Origin: Takakia lepidozioides
Lineage: Eukaryota; Plantae; Bryophyta
Reading direction: 5' to 3'
NCBI GenBank assembly: GCA_030704615.1
Contig: CM060733.1
Span: 13,888,001-13,952,000, forward strand
DNA: 64,000 bases
The position numbers and the translations under genes are program-made. The notes under the pieces are model-generated. The model made no database searches and was not told where the DNA came from. It saw nothing but the letters and a program-made list of their open reading frames with translations. Of the stretch, positions 25,042-37,870 are shown piece by piece (within the stretch, counting starts at the first letter, position 1; the number at the start of each line of letters is the position of its first letter).

Positions 25042-26896
25042 CTAGTCATCCTCATCCTCATCCTCAGTGGAGGACTCAGAGCTATCCGATGAGCCTGATG
25101 ACTCCGCGCCCTTTACCAGAGCACCTAAATGAGGCGGCGTTCCCCTAAGTCCCATAGAGCTCTCATCCAATCCTTGGCCATGACCCCCGACCTCATCCAT
25201 ACTAGTGCCATGTAGTGCACTCATCCCCTCCGTGTTGGCCATGTTCTTCATGAGGGATTGTCAACCATGCTCATTGGCGTAGTTGTACTCTACCGGAGAT
25301 GGCTTCCTCTCAAACGCACGTTGCTACACATGCCACAAATTAAAGTCAGTTCTTCGCGATGATGGAGCCAGAAAGAAGACATAACAAAATCCATATGGAA
25401 ATACGACTTACAAATCGCAAGATAAAACCCTTGGATCCGCTGGCGCCCCACTTGTTTGTGGATTCGTGCTTGTAAAGGCGGGCTGTTGTTGCTTCGCGTG
25501 CCCGGTCAAATTTGGCCTTGTTTGCGGCATCAGTCTCTCCCGCAATGAATGCATCCCACGATACCTATGCCGCCCCCCCCCCCCCCCCCACAATTAGTGA
25601 ATTACACACATATGTTGCATCGAATCCACCTCATTAATGCACATGCGACAAATGGAAGGTGACATGATTCAGGATTTGCCAACCTGTGTAATTCCATAAG
25701 GTGGTTTGGGTATGGCCCTCTTTTTCATTGCCCTCCGAACAATCTGTCTGGCACGGCACCTCCTGTCCTTCAAGTTTCGCCCCACCATCTCTATCACCCT
25801 TGTGTCACTCCAATTGCCCGGAAACCAGCGGTCTAACTCACGGGCATACGCCCACTTCGCGCCAAAGTGCTGATCAGCCCACTCGATGTGCAAAGGGAAC
25901 CACCTCAATGTTCGGGTCCTTCATGAACACCACGTGCTCTCCCTCATGGCAACCCCACTAGACTGCACCAATGAGGCCAGCCATGTTACTGCCTCCTGAA
26001 GACAAATAACCCCTCCAAATTCAAAAAAAGAAACAAACAACAAAGAAAATCATGCATGCAAAGGAAAGGATAAAACATGGAACAAGGTGCGACAGTTGTA
26101 CCTTTGCAAGCTTGTACGACTTGCCCCCGGTGTCACCCGATGTGGCAAGAGCCCCCATTGCCGGATGTGCCCGCTCTATCCTCTCTCGGAGCGCCACTGT
26201 AACTAGATTCCAGATGTGGAGCATAGCCGGTGGCGGCTCCCCGTAGTCCAGGCCATTCTTTGCTGACCGCTCAGGCTCAGGGGGCGGCATCGCTGATCAG
26301 CTAGGCCGCTCCGAACCGGACCCATACCTCTCCTCTCCCCCCCCCCCCCCCCCGCCCCCCCAAATATGTATCAAGGTAGAAGCCCTCACCCGACTTGACT
26401 TCTTCGAGGCGCTTCGCTATCTTGGCCACTTCATTGGCCTTCCTCGTCTCCTCCTCCCTCATCGACAACAATGGGCTAGCAATGGAGGCTTTCAAAGGCC
26501 CTTGAACCTGACGTTGGGCCTTGGCAAGTGCAGCCTTTGCTGCGGAGGAAGGGGTCGCTATGGGGGTGACATCCAAAAGTTGCCCATACCAGGCCCTGAA
26601 TGGGTGATGTGCTTGCCAAGGTACATTTCACCCATCTTGGTGGCCGGGGTGTGCTCAACTGAGCATCCGGATGAGCAACAACCTCCCGAATAGGAGAGCT
26701 GGCTGAGCCGGCCCCTGGTGCATCCAAGATGTGGACAAGAGGAGGGGTACTGGCCTCGGGGGGCAGACGAGCCCTCCGGCTGCGGGCTGTCGACGGGGCT
26801 GGTTAACCATGAGACGCCCTGGCGCGTCATACGTGCCGGCAGAGCAAACGGATTGTCCGCCCTTTCTTTGGGCAGGGGGCTTTTCTCTTTCCCCAT
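25042..26896 (-). pseudogene. CACTA second gene (possibly TnpA-like), spliced and decayed
   Basis: ATG at 26896 (MGKEKSPLPKERADNPF) follows an acceptor at 26907. Exon fragments include HIWNLVTVALRERIERAHP, RWFPLHIEWADQHFGAKWAYARELDRWFPGNW and an acidic tail. Putative 5' exons with GT donors lie at 37879-38220. The TnpA label rests on position only. Confidence 0.55.
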
Positions 26897-27245
26897 AAGC
26901 TGGCACCTGTCATGCAAACCCACAAGTCGGCCTCATTAGGAAAACAACCTCTACATTCCAGATCAAAAACAAAAACCAAGCATGTCGAGGGCTGAGAGCA
27001 GCAAGTGCTCGGGGTCTCGAGAGGGGACAACAAAGAGAAAAGAAAAAGGTGGGGGGGGGGGGGGGAGTGACTGAGCACCCCACTAGCTGCTGAGCACCAC
27101 GAGCTCAGTCACTCCCCCCCCCCCCCCCCCCCCTCCCACATTTTTTTTTTTTGGTTTCTCTCTTTTTTTTTTCTTTTTTTTTTTTTGCTACTCACAAAAG
27201 TAAACAAACCACTAGGGAGAGAGGGTGCAGAAAAAGTTAAAAAGA

Positions 27246-27957
27246 TTGTACTCATAAGACATTGTTTGCCGTAGCCTTGTGGCCGTTGACCCCGCGCCCA
27301 GTTTGAGCGGAAACTAAAGGGACAGAACCTACCTCTGTCAGGGGCTGAATTGGTAGTAAGACTAACCTTCATATATAGAATTAATCTGGGTTTTCCAGAT
27401 ATCCTCTAGAAATCCCTTCACACAAATATCAATCTGATGTGTGTGATTTGCCCAAGAACTAGGCCTCAGGAGGGCCTGGGCTTTTGGCTCAGCCTTGAGA
27501 TTTTCAAAGTTGGTAAACAGAGGTACATGCACAATTCCCTGATAGATTTTGAAGAGAGCGTCTCTTTGGTGAGGGAACCCCGGACAATGTATCAGAAAAT
27601 GAGAACTGCCTTCAGATTGCCCACACAACGGACAATTGCACTCTCCCTTTCCTCTCTACTTCTGTTTGCTGTTCAAAGGTAGGCTTCCTGCCCTGAGTTT
27701 AAATTTCAGTCTAGTGCCGAGAGTGGGACCCTGAAGTCATCCAAGATGTCCTCCCCCATGTCACTGACTGGAAACAAGTTCAGGGAAGTTTTCTGCCTAA
27801 CTTCATTTTCATCAGACAATCTCATGGCAATAGGCATGGTTTTGGACACTACCTCTAAGTCAGATTTATCAAACCATATTGCAGATCCGTACTCCAAGGC
27901 ATGTCTAATAATGCAACAAAAGCATGGTTTTCTTAACCTCAGAGTTGACCCCTCTGA
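27246..27957 (-). mobile_element. 5'-truncated non-LTR retrotransposon (ORF2 C-terminus with CCHC knuckle, RTEX/L1-like), 17-bp TSD
   Basis: LEYGSAIW...C..CGQSEGSSHFLIHC. TSD AGAAAAAGTTAAAAAGA at 27229-27245 and 27958-27974. Confidence 0.85.
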
Positions 27958-30900
27958 AGAAAAAGTTAAAAAGAGAGAGGGAAGATACTCATGTCATGTC
28001 AAGACATGGACAAGACCAACTAGGGTCATTGTCAATTAAAGACATAAACAGCCCATGACAGGGCACCATCTAACTTTTCCAGTCTTGTCATAGCACACCA
28101 AGTGACGCCACCCATGCAGTCATGATTAAACACGGTGGGAGGCGCGGGGTATGTTCATAATCAGATTCATGTCATGTACCCAAGTGACCCTCTTGCACAA
28201 TATAAGTCAGATGGCAGCCTCAGATTACATCATCCATATTTATCCATAAGATATGCATCATGCAAGATATCATGGGCATATAAGAACATCTTGCCACATT
28301 ACAGATCAAGATATGTATACACAAAGTACCTTGAGGTGATCCAAGACAAGCATTATGCAAGGTAGGTAAAGAACAGCCTGCCCTACAACACATTCATGGA
28401 ATGTTCACATAGGTAACCAGGAAGGACCAGCCTGCAATTAACCTAGGTTAAATAGGACCAACCGGCAATTAATTACACTTCGGGCATGCCACCAAGTAAA
28501 CTTCTTGGGCATGGCAAGCCATATTGCAGCTTCATATTTTGCCAAATGTAAGTACCCCAAAGCGTGCATCGTGCAAGGCCTTCTGGGTAGATAAGAACAG
28601 CCTGTCAATGTACAAATTCAGGACTTGTGTACACAGGACTCTTGCTGGCCCAGCCTGCAGTAGATCAGACTCCAAAAATGCACCCAAGCGATCACTTTGG
28701 GCATGACAGACTGACTGCAACTTCATTCTACATCATGTAAGCCCCAAGATATGCATCATGTAAGACAATTTGGCATGGAAGAAAGGTTGCCCTGTCACAA
28801 CATCCAGATATGGACACATACAATTTGATGTGAGCCCAAGACCAAGCCACTGGCCAAGATATAAATCATACAAGCAGGGGTGTTGTTCATATGGCAAAAT
28901 AAAGTAACTAATCACTGGCAATGAATCTTTAGAGCTACCATCATTGTTTCACAGGAGGCTAATGCCATGTTTTGCAAATAGAACCTCACTATGCTCGAAT
29001 TCAAAGCAAGTAGGGATCCTCACTTGGTCCCCCACAAGCAAAGCCCCCACAAAAACCAATGGGTAGTGAGGATTGTGGAACCCCAGGTGAATCACAGACC
29101 CCTACACTTGTCATCGATGTCACCAAAGAACTCAAAAACAAGAGAGAAAGACATGAAGTAAAAGGAACCCTAAACACCAAAAGCACCTTGAGCGATTGGG
29201 GGAGGGTAATTGTGCAACCATCGCCACAGCAAGCCCTCCGCACAGCTAAGGAGAAGCGAAGCATACAAATGTTAGGAGAGAGATATATATACTTCCCCAC
29301 ACAAGCGCCGCTACGAAACATAAAAGCCAGAGGAGGGAAAGAGACGATGTCATCACAGCAGGGTCTCCCGCTTGTGAGAAGAGACAAGATGCCGCCATTG
29401 CGCATCCCCAGGCATGGGGCACGAAAGCCCAGACAGGGTTAGCAGCAGAGCTCAGACGCCATAAATCTCAACCCGCGAGCTCAGAAGCACAAGGAGTGCA
29501 GCTGACGGCGGGGCGAGAGACACCCCAGGGCAAAGCCCGATTTTCATCCGCGGGGATGAATAATCAACACCCTTTATCTCGAAAACCCGAACGATGTCAT
29601 CCGTTAGTAGGCTTTTTTAAACAGTCGTCGATTATAGGGTAGGGGTTAGGGTTTCACTCCTTTATTAGCAATAATTAAGGGTAATTAAACAATTCTCCAG
29701 GGCCATCATAAGCTGCTTTTTCATCCGGTTCAGATGAAAAAATGCAATAGGTTCATTTATTTGGAGAAGGTCCATCAGCTAGATGATAAAGCAGTACACA
29801 TCATCCAAGGCAAGGGTTTTCATCCTAACAGGTAAATTCATAATCCTAAAAGAAGCCTCATCCAGTAAGGAAAAAAAAAGGCATAAAGGGGAAATAAAAC
29901 GAATTCATAGCCTGTTATTTTCATCGGCATGGATTGGAAAAAATAGATAGGAGAGGCATTTGCACAACCCCTACAAGGGTAATTCCTCATTCTCTGGTGA
30001 CTCATCTGGTATAGATGAAAGTCAATAAAAGGTGAATGAAAAATTATAGGCCCTTTTTAGAGGTATTTTAGTATCCACCCATGTAATTCTTCCGGTATGG
30101 ACAGAAAAACTTTATAGGGAGGGTGAAAACATTGTTTAGAGTCCATCTGGTATAGATGGAAAAACATGAAAAGAACACTGATGCAACCGGCCAATTCTGA
30201 GGGAGGAGACAGAGGGAGAGAGGGGGCAACAAAGAAAAAACAAAAAGGTGGGGGGGACTGAGCAGCTGCTACTCAGTCACTCCCCCCCCACCTTCCTCTT
30301 TTTCTTTTTGTTTCCTGATCTCTCCCTCTAACTCCCTCTCTTTCTCCCTCTCTCTCCCTCTCTCGCTCTCCCTCTATACAAGGAACTTGCTTGTATTTTT
30401 TCCAAAACCCAAGACGGCTTGGACTAATTTTGTCTAAACCATATTTTATTTTCATCCATACTGGATGTAATCATGAAAATGGATAAATTCCATTAAAGAA
30501 TATTCTTTGATAGCTGGGTTCTTTGGATGATTTTGGTCATGAGAACTAACCCTAATGAAAGCCAGACTCTATTTTGGATGCCATCACTACTGGATGACAT
30601 CATGATGGAATCAGGGAAGTGCTTTACATCTCATGACCTATTTTTCATCTATTTTGGATGAAATCGCGAAGGTTTGCCCTATCTCTTCCTCCGCCCTTAA
30701 ACTCTGCACGATACTCGTGCGTTTTGATTCTGATGGAGCTGAGAGATGGTGTCAGAGGGTTCATTTAAACACGAATCTTGTGAATTTGATGGCTATGGAG
30801 AAGCTTTATGACAACCTGCAAGTGCTCTGGCAAGATTCCAGTACTTTTCGATTTCCCTTGGGGTATGCAATGGCGGCTGAGCTTCAATTCCCTCAATGAG

Positions 30901-32576
30901 GTTGTCTCTTCCCTTGGCGGACAATTTACCTTAAGCTGTGATTGTTTGTCGATCCGTTCAATGGTCATTAAGATCCAACGTCGCTCTGAAACTTTCAGGA
31001 AGTCCCTTCACCTGATAAAATGCTCGTAGAAATCAGCTAACCGTTGCTTGTTTGTGCTGTCGATTGCCGAGTTCTTGGAGCTATGTCGAATCCTCTTCCA
31101 CAAACCCTTAAGGTTGTGGAATATCTTTGCTTTGCTTTTGATCTCTTCTTGCTTTTGAATGCATGTTGTACAACAATAACAAACGTGAGGCCTGATATTC
31201 ACCTGGGGTTCCACATCTTCACTAACTTCATTGTTTTTTGATTGCATGTGATGGGACCAGGTGAGGGCCCTCACTTAACATGACTTATGAAGCTTGAAGT
31301 TGATTGAATCCAAGCAATTGAGGCAATGTCGACTCCAACTGATGAGGGAGCTAATTCAAATCTGCTTCCATATTTTTTACCTCTCTGGCTATGCTTCCAC
31401 CCTTCCTTGTTGAACACTGTTCATTAGATGAGCTTTACTAGAATACATACTTTCTTTTAAAGACTCTTACTTTTGATTTCTACACTCTATCATGGGCTGG
31501 ATTTGTTGTTGATAGCCCATTATGTGCTCTTGTTTTCGGTTTACAATACTGGCATGCCACTGTGACTTGGAATATACCAAGCAGCAATATAGGAGGTCGT
31601 ATGGTATCCCAACCATTGGGCTCTTGGCCATGTATGCTGTTTAATGCAGGCCCTCTGTTTTTATGGATTTCCTTTCAGTCTGTGAGGAAGATCTTTATGC
31701 AGGAGACCATATGATGTGCCAGCCATTGGGCTCTAGGCCAAGTATGTTGTTTACTGCAGGCCCTATGTTTTTCTGGATTTCTTTACGGTCTGTGATTATC
31801 ATTAATCACTTGCTGCTCAAAATCTTTTGAATCCACTTATACACTGGCCCCAGACTGAAACTAGGTCTTGGGGCAAAAAACAAGATGTGTGGACATTCCC
31901 TTCATGTGTAAATAGTTTAGAAGCTGTTTACTGCTCTAATCTGGCCACTATGTTATATAAAAATTGGAACTTCCTCTCCAGTTTATTAATGTGAACATGG
32001 GTGGTAAACTTAGCAAGATAAACATGATTTTCCTGCTATGAAATGTTTTCAATATTCCATTTGAAGCATACCCTTGATTGGGTCCCTGTCTGTCTGAAAC
32101 GGATTTTTATATAATCCCACCCCCCCCGCCCAGAGATTTCATGAACCGTGGGATTTGTTATATGTCATCAGACTGGTTTATGAATGAAGAGTGATTGATA
32201 GTGCCTCATTATGAAGCTGATTTGTCATACAAATTGACAAAGACCTTGTTTGGTCTTGTCCATGTCTCGACAAGACATTTTATCTTCTCTCTCTCTCCTC
32301 TCTTTCGTGCTGCTCACCAAAAAAAAAAAACCACAGAGGGAAAGAGGGGGTAGAAAAAGTTAATAAGAGAGAGGGAGAGAGTGGGAAGATATTCATGTCA
32401 TGTCAAGACATGGACAAGACCCTACTAGGGTTATTGTCAATTAAAGACATAAACAGCCCATAAACAGGGCACCATCTAACATTTCCAGTCTTGTCATAAC
32501 AGACCAAGTGACAACACCCATTCAATCAAGATAAAACAGGGTGGGAGGGCGGGGTTTATTCAAAGTTCAAATTCAT

Positions 32577-33045
32577 GTAAGTAGCCCAAGACATGCACCA
32601 TGCAAGGCTCCGTGGGTAGGTAAGAACAACTTGCCCTACTACAGTTTCAAGGTATGTTCATACAAGCACCTTGAAGGACCAGCTAGCAATTTACCAGATT
32701 TCAAACATGCAACCAAGTAATCTTCTTGGGCATGACAAAACATATTGCAGCTTCACTCTTTGACATTTGTAAGTACCCCAAGACATGCATCATGCAAGGC
32801 TCATTGGGTAGGTAAAAACAGCATGTTCTACTACAGATTCAGGATATGTTCATACAAGTACTTTGAAGGACCAGCCTGCAATTAATCAGATTTCAAGTAT
32901 GCAACCAAGTAAACTTCTTGGGCGAGACAAACCATATTGCAGCTTCACACTTGGCCAATTGTAAGTATCCCAAGACATGCATCGTGCAAGGCCTCTTGGG
33001 TAGGTAAGAACAGCCTGCCATTATACAGATTCAGGACCTGTGTAC
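32577..33045. repeat. 192-bp tandem repeat, ~2.5 copies; diverged relatives at ~28330-28770
   Basis: GTAAGTA.CCCAAGACATGCA.C.TGCAAGGC starts at 32577, 32769 and 32961. Confidence 0.9.
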
Positions 33046-33454
33046 AAAACGGAGGTAATTCCTCATTCTCTGGTGACTCATCTGGTATAGATGAAAGTCA
33101 ATAAAAAGAATGATAAATTATAGGCCCTTTTTAGAGGTATTTTAGTGTCCACCCAGGTAACATTTTAGTGTCCATCTTCCGGTATGGATATAAAACCTTT
33201 ATAAGGTGGGTGAAAACACTGTTTGGAGTCCATCTGGTACAGATGGAAAAACATGAAAAGAACACTGATGCAACCGGCCAATTCCGAGGAGGGAGACAGA
33301 GGGAGAGACAGGGGCAACAAAGGAAAAAAAAAATGTGGGGGGGGGGGGAGTGACCGAACAGCTGTAGCATGACATTTTTTTTTTTGGTTTCCTGATATCT
33401 CCCTCTCACTCCCTCTCTATGTCCCTCTCTGTCCCTCTCTCTCTCTCCCTCTCT

Positions 33455-34225
33455 CTCTTTTAAGCTCCCGACGAGATGAGTTTAAGGTCAGATGGTGGGA
33501 TCAGCTACAGCATATGTCCAACACCAGATATCCTAAGTTAATCGACTCTATATCTTGGAAACAGACCGCCCACCGACCTGTCAAACAGGCTAAGTCCTGG
33601 CAGAAGACAGTAAAAGAGATTCTCAAGGACCTGGACCTGGAACTGCAAGTCTTCACCCTGCTGGATAAATCTGACTTAGAGGCTGTAGTGTCCAATCATG
33701 TCTGTTGCCATGAGATTGTCTGATGAAAATGAATTTAGGCAAAAAAACTTCCCTGAACTTGTTTCCAGTCAGTGACATGGGGGGGGACATCTTGGATGAC
33801 CTCAAGGGTCTACCCACTCTCGGCACTAGACTGAAATTTAAACTCGGGGTAGGAAGCCTACCTTTGAACAGCAAACCGAAGCAGAGAGGAAAGGGAGAGT
33901 GCAATTGCCCGTTGTGTGGGCAATCTGAAGACAATACTCATTTTCTGATACACTGTCCGGGGTTCTCTCACCAAAGAGACGCTCTCTTCAAATCTATCAA
34001 GGGAATTGTGCATGTACCTCTATTTAAAAGTCGAGGCTGAGCCAAAAGCCCAGCCCCTTCTGAGGCCTAGTTTTTGGGCATCTCACACATAGCAGATTGA
34101 TGTTTGTGTGAAGGGATTTGTAGAGGATATCTAGAAAACCCAGATTAATTCTATATGTGAAGGTAAGTCTTACTACCAACGTCAGCCCCTGATAGAGGTA
34201 GGATGTGTCCCTTTTGTTTCCCCAA
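33455..34225 (+). mobile_element. LINE ORF2 3' fragment
   Basis: LLSSRRDEFKVRWWDQLQHMSNTRYPKL...[39 protein letters not shown]. Confidence 0.8.
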
Positions 34226-36666
34226 GAGAGGGGGCAACAAAGAAAAAAAAAAATGCGGGGGGGGGGGGGGGGGAAAGTGACTGAGCAGCAGCAGCTGCGT
34301 AGTCACTCCCTCCCCCACCTTCTTTTCTTTGTTGCCCCCTGATGTCTCCCTCTCACTCCCTCTCTCTCCCTCTCTCTCCCTCTGGAAACTGGGTTTATGG
34401 AATTGTTGCCCAACTTCCATCCTTGAAAAAATTGAAAAATTGGGTTGCAGGGAATTTAGATGTTTTCCATCCAGAATACATTTTTTTTTTTTTTTCCCCT
34501 AGTGAGACATTTCTTCACTAATACCTGTGAGGTTTTGCTTCATCCGGACATCAACCCGGAATATATTGATTGCAAAACTCCCGTCAGGATTTATTTTTTC
34601 AATCCAACCTAGATGAAAAAAGAACTTCATCTGACAGGACCTAAATACGGGGGCAAGACAGGTATAACAAAGTTTTTATTAAAAAAACCCCCCGATGTTT
34701 TTCATTTAACCTAGATGAAAAGCGGACTACATCCGTCGAGTTCAAGACAGGATGAACGCACGATGTCTTTCATCTTCCACGAATGAGAAACGGACAACGT
34801 CCGTCGGGCATACAGGTTGGTGGATGTTTTTCATCATGAGAAGGATGAATGACGGGCTAGACAGGGGAAAACCCTGTGCAACCCTAATGTCTTTCTTTTT
34901 GCGCTGCGAGAGTGCGCGCGATGGCAGCTTGGGAGGAGCGATGGTGCTCGTGATGCAGATACCATGAGCCGCCAATCCTTGAGTGTTTATGGCTCCCGTG
35001 AGCGCCGCCTATGCGGGCTCTTTAAGGCAATGGCGTTGGCTTAGAGATGAGGGAAGATTCACTGTCTCATTTGTCTGTTTTTTTTGCTGCACAAGGGAAC
35101 CATGGCAGTCATGGCGGAGGTACCACCCGCCTGCTTATGAAGTTTCCTAGGAGCCCTCTTCTGGATCTTTGCTTGGCAAAACTTTGTTTTGGGTAAGGTA
35201 GCAGTGTTGTGGTGCTGGCGGAGACCTCCCTGCACGGTTAGGCTTGTGGAGAGATGACGACTCTCCCCCAAATAGTAAAAAAGGTTCTTTTTCTGTTTGT
35301 CTTGCTTCCCTGCTTTCTTTGGCATTCTCTGTGCTTAGATTGAAGTGTATTTGACCTCGATAGCAAGTGTGGAAGCCTGCTACTCACCTCGTGCATTCTC
35401 ACTAACTCACAATGTGTTTGTGGTTGTTTTTGGGACGGGCACAGGTGAGGGCTTCCACTTAATATTCTGATGTCTAGGTGCTGTTGGATGCCAAGTGAGA
35501 TTGCAGAGCAGGGGAAGGAATCACATGCCAGGGACTCATCTTAAAATGTTGAAAAACTAAACTACTCTATGGTTTTTCTTGATCCTACCTCTTTCCTTCT
35601 TTGATTTTTGAAGAACAAGTGTAATGCTTTCTACGATGGGCTATTTCGGCCCAGCCAGTGGAAAACCTCTGCTTTATTGCGACAGCCAGGTTTATGATGG
35701 CTTGTGTGAGAAACACACATCTGTTTTCCAGGCCCTAGTTTGCTTTGCTTACCTTATGGTAGTTGGAAACAAATTGAGAGGCTGCAAGGAACTGTTTGCT
35801 GCAGCTACTCAGGTACCCCTGTTGGTAAAATGCCCTTGTTATGTTCCAACCCGGATGGCTTTGTTAGCTAGATGCTTAGGCCAGGGTATGGCGAAGTTCT
35901 GTCTGTGGCTATTCGGCTGGCACTGAAATATGGCAGTAATATAAATGGTAACTGGTTTTTGAGGCAGCCAGGGTGGTCAAGTGGAAATACCCCCTGGATA
36001 TGGTGTAATGACATGGTCAAGTGTGGAATGATGTGAATAGGGTGTACTGACAGTATCATATATATAGTCACAGGATGTGTATGCAGTCCTTTATCTTTAC
36101 CTTGCTGTGTCATGAACTTTGATTTTCAGCTGTAGCAAGAAATAAAGGTATAGGGGTATTCTGGAAAACTTCCCAGACATATCCACCTCCCCTGTGGGGG
36201 CAAGCTGTGCTGCAGACCAGTCTAAGCAAATACTGGCAGGGCAAGGTATTTAAAATCTGTGATGTCCAAGTGTTCTTTTCCTTTAAAAAAAAAAAAACCC
36301 TCCATGACACCCATGGGGTTTGAGTAAATATGCTTGGATTATAGCTTGCGGATAGTAAATCTGTATGACCATTTGACCTGCACCACATCAAGGTGTTGAT
36401 TGACCACCAGTCATGATCATGATACACATTCAGAGGTCTGGGTGGGATGGCGGGTACTTGTGAAATACTCTTTGGGTTATGAATATTACTGACATGAACA
36501 CATTACTGTGCATTGATGTAATTCTGGATTTTCTAAGCTTGATGATTGATGGATGGCGCCACTATTAAGTGGCTGATATGTCTAATTATTCTTCTTATTC
36601 ATGACAACGACCCTAGGGGTCCTGTCTTTGTCTTGACATGACAAAAAGTATCTTCCCTATCTTCTG

Positions 36667-37243
36667 TGCTGCTCTCTTTTAAGCTCCCGACGAGATAAAT
36701 TCAAGGTCAAATGGTGGGTTCAGCTGCAACATATGTCCAACACCAGATATCCTAAGTTAATCGACTCTATATCTTGGAAACAGGACCGCCCACCGACCTG
36801 TCAAACATGCTAAGTCCTGGTAGAAGACAGTAGAAGAGATTCTCAAGGACCTGGACCTGAAACCGCAAGTCTTCACCCTGCTGGATAAATCTGACTTAGA
36901 GGCTGTAGTGTCTAACCATGTTTGTGGGCAACCTGAACACATTATTCATTTTCTGATACTCTGTCCGGGGTTGTCTCACCAAAGAGACACTCTCTTCAAA
37001 TCTATCAAAGGAATTGTGCATGTACCTCTGTTTACTAACTTTGAAAAAGTCGAGGCTGAGCCAAAAGCCCAGCCCCTTCTGAGGCCTAGTTTTTGGGCAA
37101 CTCACACACAATATATTGATGCTTGTGTGAAAGAATTTGTAGAGGATATCTGGAAAACCCGGATTAATTTTATATGTGAAGGTAAGTCTTACTACCAACG
37201 TCTGCCCCCGACAGAGGTAGGATCTGTCCCTTTTGTTTCCCCA
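36667..37243 (+). mobile_element. LINE ORF2 3' fragment, internally deleted
   Basis: Same start and end junctions as the 33455 copy, but lacks the middle segment. Confidence 0.8.
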
Positions 37244-37411
37244 AGAGAGGGGGCAACAAAGAAAAAGAAAAAAATGTAGGGTGGGGGGGGGGGTGATTGA
37301 GTAGCAACAGCTTCTCAGTCACTCCCCCCCCACTTTCTTTTCTTTTCTTTGTTGCCCCCTGATGTCTCCCTCTCACTCCCTCTCTCTCTCCCTCTCTCTC
37401 CCTCTCTTCTA

Positions 37412-37870
37412 TGCTGCTCTCTTTTAAGCTCCCGACGAGATAAATTCAAGGTCAGATGGTGGGTTCAGCTGCAACATATGTCCAACACCAGATATCCTAA
37501 GTTAATCGACTCTATATCTAGGAAACAGGACCACCCTGTCAAATAGGGTAAGCCCTGGGAGAAGAGAGTAGAAGAGATTCTCAAGGATTTGAATCTGGAC
37601 CTGCAAGTCTTGACCTTGCTGGACAAACCTGACTTAGAGAGTGTAGTGTCCAAAGCCATGTCTGTTATCAGAAAATTGTCCGATGAAAATGAAGTTAGGA
37701 AGAAAACTTCCCTGAACCTGTTTCCAGTCTGTGACATGGGGGTGGACATCATGGATGCGCACAAGGGTTTATCCCACTCCTGGCACCAGACCTAAATTTA
37801 AACTCAAGGCAGGAAGACTACCTTTGAACAGTAAACAAAAGCAGAGAGGAAATGGAGAGTGCAATTTCCC
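37412..37870 (+). mobile_element. LINE ORF2 fragment
   Basis: LLSSRRDKFKVRWWVQLQH...KLKAGRLPLNSKQKQRGNGECN, truncated there. Confidence 0.8.

Larger units (their letters stand above)
27020..37410. repeat. Array of unclassified asymmetric modules (E1 ~27104-30262, E2 ~30272-32305, E3 ~32306-33358, E4 ~34301-36670) in alternating orientation
   Basis: Shared end GAAGATA..CATGTCAAGACATGGACAAGACC at 27981 (+), 32286 (-), 32386 (+) and 36655 (-). Palindromic junctions at 27066-27113, 30256-30281, 33349, 34276-34307 and 37293-37323. Confidence 0.7.

Noticed and set aside
27020-37410. CRISPR-like array of palindromic repeats
   Set aside because: Intervening segments are kilobases long and mutually related, the context is eukaryotic and no cas genes are present.
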